This document shows positions 54,244-56,635 of a DNA stretch of 56,635 nucleotides, one piece after another. Under the pieces are notes generated by a model. The model was not told where the DNA came from, did no database searches, and saw only the letters and a list, made by a program, of their open reading frames with translations. Position 1 is the stretch's first letter. Each line of letters starts with the position of its first letter. Source of the DNA: Ignavibacteriota bacterium (GTDB taxonomy: Bacteria; Bacteroidota; Ignavibacteria; UBA10030); the NCBI GenBank assembly GCA_003819715.1, contig RPQN01000017.1, positions 1 to 56,635 on the forward strand, written 5' to 3'. Made by a program: the position numbers and the translations under genes.

Positions 54244-56635
54244 ATGACATGCAGGAAATCAATACGACAACTGTTGATGATTGCTCTTCTCGGCAATGGT
54301 GTGGTGTATTCATCCAGTCCCCCGCCGAACGAACATGCCAAACCGCTGACACAATACATCCAGAAAGTATGGACCAATAAAGACGGATTACCGCAAAATT
54401 CCGGCAGAACATTGCTCCAGTCATCCGATGGATTTCTCTGGATTGGCACACAGGACGGCCTGGTCCGTTTCGATGGCGCATCGTTTCAGGTTTTTGATAA
54501 GCAAAACACACCGGCGCTCAAGCACAATGATATTACAAAATTGATCGAATCCCGGGATGGAACACTGTGGATCGGATCGTACAATGGTTTAACGAGCCTG
54601 AACAAAGGAGTCTTTACCTATTATCCATCCAGCGCAAACGATGAACCGGACGTCGTTCGGGCGCTTCTCGAAGACCATGAAGGATGCGTGTGGGTGGGAA
54701 CGATGAATGCAGGGATCAGAAAGTATACGCATGGGAATTTCAGCATCATTTCAAAATCCCAGGGCCTCACAAGCGATGCCATTTATGCACTTGCAGAAGA
54801 CCAGCGTGGAGACATCTGGATCGGAACAGATGCCGGTGTCAATGTCTACCGGCAAGGTCAATGGGTGTATTATCATGAACGCGATGGGCTTCCCCATGAG
54901 GCAATACGATGTATTTGTGTTACTTCGGACAGCAGCGTGTGGATCGGAACGTACAATGGATTAGTACAATATAAACGAGGGGTGTTTCACACCTACACCA
55001 CATCAGATGGATTATCCGATAATACGATCCGCACCATTTATGAAGATCATACAGGAGAAATATGGATCGGTACGGAACGCGGAGGGGTCAGTCAGTTTAA
55101 TCACGGCGCCTTTATTCCGTTTCGTTCGTCGGAAGGACTTTCGGGAGATTTTGTTTCTGCGATCCTGGAAGACCGGGAAGAAAACATATGGATCGGAACG
55201 TACAATGCCGGACTCAATCAGTTCTCCAAAAGCACGTTCTTCAATTATACCTCGCGTGATGGGTTGCCGAATGACTTCGTCGCTTCAGTGATTCAGAGCC
55301 GCAACGGCGATGTCTGGATCGGTTCCGGCGGCAGCGGGGTCTATCGGTTCAATGGAAAAAAATTTATCGCCTATACCCGCAGCAATGGATTGCCCAGTAA
55401 TTCTATCAGGTCGCTGTTCGAAGATTCCCAGGGGACAATTTGGATTGGTACGGTCGGTGGTTTGGCGCAGTATAAACGGGGAACCATCCGTGCCTTTACG
55501 GAGAAGGACGGCATATCGCAGAGTTATATCCGCGCGATCGGCGAAGACCTGGAGAAGAAAATCTGGGTGGGCAGTACCAGCAGCGGTGTATTTCGACTGA
55601 CATCAGGCCGCTTTGTGAGCTATAAGGAGAAGGGCATCCCTGCGGCCGTGATCCGTTCTCTTCTTGTCGACCATGAAGGTGCGGTCTGGATTGGAAGCAA
55701 TGATGGAGTACGCCGCTGGAAGGACAATCGCGTCACACTCTCTACACAAAAAGACGGACTGCCTTCCGATCCAATTTATGTGATCATGGAGGACAGTTCT
55801 CATACGCTTTGGATGGGGAGTTATGGCGGCGGATTAGTCCGCTGGAAGAATGGAAAAATCACACGTATTACGCAGGCACAAGGGCTCTACAACGACGTCG
55901 TCTTTCATCTTCTCGAAGATAACAACGGCCTCATCTGGATGAGCAGCCTCCGGGGGATTAGTTCTGTCAGCCGTCAAATGCTGAATGACTTTGCAGACGG
56001 CAAGATCGACCGCATACAATGCAATTCGTACACCTCCTCTGACGGTATGGTGAACAGCGAATGCACCGGAAACGCGCAGTCGGGCGGATGTAAAACCTCG
56101 GACGGGCGCTTATGGTTTGGCACCACGGGCGGGATTGTTGTCATCGATCCGAATCAGCTTCACAAAAAAAGTGATCCGCCGCCGGTGGTCATCGAACGTG
56201 TCGTGGTGGACCGCAGTGATTATACTCCGTACGATTACGGATATTTCGCCCCCGGACGCGGGCAGGTGGAGTTTCATTATGGCGGGCTGAGTTATATTAC
56301 TCCCCAGAAAGTAAATTTCCGTTACAAGCTGGAAGGTTTTGAAAAAGAATGGAGATTTGCGGGAACCAGGCATGGAGCGTTTTATACGAATCTCGCACCG
56401 GGGAAGTATGTCTTTCGCGTCACCGCATGCAATAGCGACAATGTCTGGAATGAAACCGGGGCCAGCTACGCATTTGAACTCGAACCGCATTACTACGAAA
56501 CATGGTGGTTCTACGGCCTCTTATCGCTCGTGGTCGTCGGGGCTGGATTTGGGCTGTATCGCCTCCGTGTGTGGCAGCTCCTTGAACGCGAGAAAGAACT
56601 CACCGTGCGAGTCAACGAGGCCACTGCAAACATCA
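54244..56635 (+). CDS. Paralogous propeller / Y_Y_Y transmembrane protein, 3'-truncated by the window end
   Basis: Absent from the ORF track because it has no stop codon. I translated frame 1 from the ATG at 54244 to the last base and found no stop. The architecture is the same: signal peptide, WIGT repeats, FRYKLEGFEKEWRFAG ... YTNLAPGKYVFRVTACNSDNVWNE, and TM WWFYGLLSLVVVGAGFGL. Confidence 0.85.
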   Translation, partial: MTCRKSIRQLLMIALLGNGVVYSSSPPPNEHAKPLTQYIQKVWTNKDGLPQNSGRTLLQSSDGFLWIGTQDGLVRFDGASFQVFDKQNTPALKHNDITKLIESRDGTLWIGSYNGLTSLNKGVFTYYPSSANDEPDVVRALLEDHEGCVWVGTMNAGIRKYTHGNFSIISKSQGLTSDAIYALAEDQRGDIWIGTDAGVNVYRQGQWVYYHERDGLPHEAIRCICVTSDSSVWIGTYNGLVQYKRGVFHTYTTSDGLSDNTIRTIYEDHTGEIWIGTERGGVSQFNHGAFIPFRSSEGLSGDFVSAILEDREENIWIGTYNAGLNQFSKSTFFNYTSRDGLPNDFVASVIQSRNGDVWIGSGGSGVYRFNGKKFIAYTRSNGLPSNSIRSLFEDSQGTIWIGTVGGLAQYKRGTIRAFTEKDGISQSYIRAIGEDLEKKIWVGSTSSGVFRLTSGRFVSYKEKGIPAAVIRSLLVDHEGAVWIGSNDGVRRWKDNRVTLSTQKDGLPSDPIYVIMEDSSHTLWMGSYGGGLVRWKNGKITRITQAQGLYNDVVFHLLEDNNGLIWMSSLRGISSVSRQMLNDFADGKIDRIQCNSYTSSDGMVNSECTGNAQSGGCKTSDGRLWFGTTGGIVVIDPNQLHKKSDPPPVVIERVVVDRSDYTPYDYGYFAPGRGQVEFHYGGLSYITPQKVNFRYKLEGFEKEWRFAGTRHGAFYTNLAPGKYVFRVTACNSDNVWNETGASYAFELEPHYYETWWFYGLLSLVVVGAGFGLYRLRVWQLLEREKELTVRVNEATANI

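Noticed and set aside
1-56635. Scan for rRNA or tRNA genes, CRISPR arrays, transposases/integrases, prophage genes and toxin-antitoxin pairs.
   Set aside because: I recognised none. All intergenic regions are shorter than about 560 bp and lack cloverleaf-like or long direct-repeat structure. The eye-scan for tRNAs is not exhaustive; a tRNAscan or Infernal run would be decisive.

Overview
This window looks like an ordinary chromosomal segment, about 50-55% G+C by eye. Gene content suggests an FCB-group bacterium resembling Ignavibacteriota or Bacteroidota; that placement is low-confidence inference. All protein calls come from reading motifs in the supplied translations, with no searches run. 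I found no rRNA, tRNA, CRISPR array, transposase or integrase.

Gene content, left to right:
- DUF3795, TRIC channel and radical-SAM genes.
- A His-rich metal transporter and a solitary DNA methyltransferase.
- LemA followed by two tandem M48 (HtpX-like) peptidases.
- A GrpB-GNAT fusion.
- An XRE-cupin regulator, acyl-CoA synthetase, thioesterase and GATase1 cluster.
- A TonB-dependent receptor followed by two PAP2 phosphatases, then ychF.
- An arginine cluster, argC-argJ-argB-argR-(Smr)-argG ... argH. A very AT-rich type II restriction-modification cassette and a cell-wall amidase gene separate argG from argH.
- A tryptophanase-family lyase with two APC permeases.
- ddl, an ftsB-like gene and rarA.
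- A three-gene module: a secreted WD40-caspase, a DUF4384 lipoprotein and a CHASE2 nucleotide cyclase.
- hpnC-hpnD and a MerR regulator, then ettA, trpF and a Sel1-repeat protein.
- Two tandem beta-propeller/Y_Y_Y transmembrane sensors. The second runs off the window end and is missing from the ORF track.

Most interesting observations:
- The caspase/DUF4384/CHASE2-cyclase module.
- The Y_Y_Y sensors, which lack any kinase or HTH output. The complete copy ends in a short four-Cys module; the second copy is cut at the window edge before that point.
- The R-M cassette inserted in the arg cluster.
- Degenerate WTGAG octamer arrays placed directly after stop codons at two loci.
- A signal peptide that is in frame with the Sel1 gene but has no canonical start codon.
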